Shown here: piece after piece, positions 36,173 through 36,763 of the stretch
How the letters are laid out: each line of letters opens with the position of its first letter
How positions within the stretch are numbered: the first letter of the stretch is position 1
Origin: Chloroflexota bacterium
GTDB taxonomy: Bacteria; Chloroflexota; Dehalococcoidia; Lucifugimonadales; UBA3495
Direction: 5' to 3'
Length of the DNA: 36,763 bases
Assembly (NCBI GenBank): GCA_027623675.1
Contig: JAQBVF010000033.1
Coordinates: forward strand, 1-36,763
Made by a program: the position numbers and the translations under genes
The notes under the pieces: model-generated
Told to the model about the DNA's origin: nothing
The model's database searches: none
What the model saw: only the letters and a program-made list of their open reading frames with translations

Positions 36173-36215
36173 TGCTAAAGGCGGCCCCGACTAATCTTCG
36201 GGGCCGCCTTTAGCA
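36173..36215. terminator. 18-bp hairpin between convergent genes
   Basis: TGCTAAAGGCGGCCCCGA-ctaatct-TCGGGGCCGCCTTTAGCA. Confidence 0.75.
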
Positions 36216-36360
36216 ATCTCATCCATCCACTGACCCACCGCGGGCCCTTTCAGTCTCCACCGGATCGATTCACTGGAATCGACCCAGGCCCGCCGCGCCA
36301 GGTTGAGAGAGTCCCGCATCGAGGCCCAGACCGGCCACGCTCGCGGTTCTAGGATGCTCC

Positions 36361-36675
36361 CTATCCAGCATCCACCTTATCTTCCGCCAACGATCCGATA
36401 TTTATCTCTTTCATCACTCGCAGAAAATCCTTCACTGCCACGTCTTGCAACTCAGGGCGTCTCAGACTCAGACCGTGGTCAACCTCGTACACATTGCTCC
36501 GTCCGACACGTGAGCGGGTCAGATAGCCGCTTTTTGTTAGGTCCGAGATTATCCGGAACACCGACCACTCAGTGATCCCCAAAAGGGAGGCTATCTCCCG
36601 TGCCGTGAGTCTTGGATGGTGGGCCACCAGCGCCAACAGGGCTCCGTGATTTGTGATGAATGTCCAATTTGACAT
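36361..36675 (-). CDS. Winged helix-turn-helix DNA-binding protein
   Basis: WTFITNHG...LTAREIASLLGITEWSVFRIISDLTKSGYLTRSRVGRSNVY. Confidence 0.85.
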   Translation of the reverse strand: MSNWTFITNHGALLALVAHHPRLTAREIASLLGITEWSVFRIISDLTKSGYLTRSRVGRSNVYEVDHGLSLRRPELQDVAVKDFLRVMKEINIGSLAEDKVDAG

Positions 36676-36763
36676 ACAAGATCCTATTCGGCCATTGGCA
36701 TTAGAAAAAACCACTGTTAAAATTCTATTGTGTTTATTCTAATGAGTTAAAGAGCTAATATCA

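Overview
GC-rich bacterial chromosomal segment. Gene content (two luciferase-like monooxygenases, an RdhA/QueG-like Fe-S protein, a pentapeptide-TIR protein, several MFS transporters, many TTG/GTG starts) suggests Chloroflexota, Dehalococcoidia/SAR202-like; this is inference, not a database result. Housekeeping genes: sppA, mazG, leucine dehydrogenase, cyclophilin, rsmI, argF, der-plsY-gpsA, ispH, prs. Main finding: the ORF-track fragments 2809-3048 and 3118-3750 are one reading frame (2830-3750) interrupted only by TGA 3046-3048, followed at the canonical distance by a bacterial SECIS-like hairpin. This gives a candidate selenoprotein of the SsuA/THI5-like substrate-binding fold, with no signal peptide and no transporter genes nearby, divergent from a flavin monooxygenase gene. 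Also notable: a ~275-nt strand-biased rod-like structured RNA candidate (20657-20930), a stand-alone reductive-dehalogenase-like gene, a TIR-like domain with Asp in place of the usual catalytic Glu, two MFS genes that probably start at ATC/ATT, a frameshifted DUF1059-like gene missed by the ORF track, and recurrent 12-14 bp intergenic tandem repeats. No tRNA, rRNA, CRISPR array, transposase or integrase was seen.
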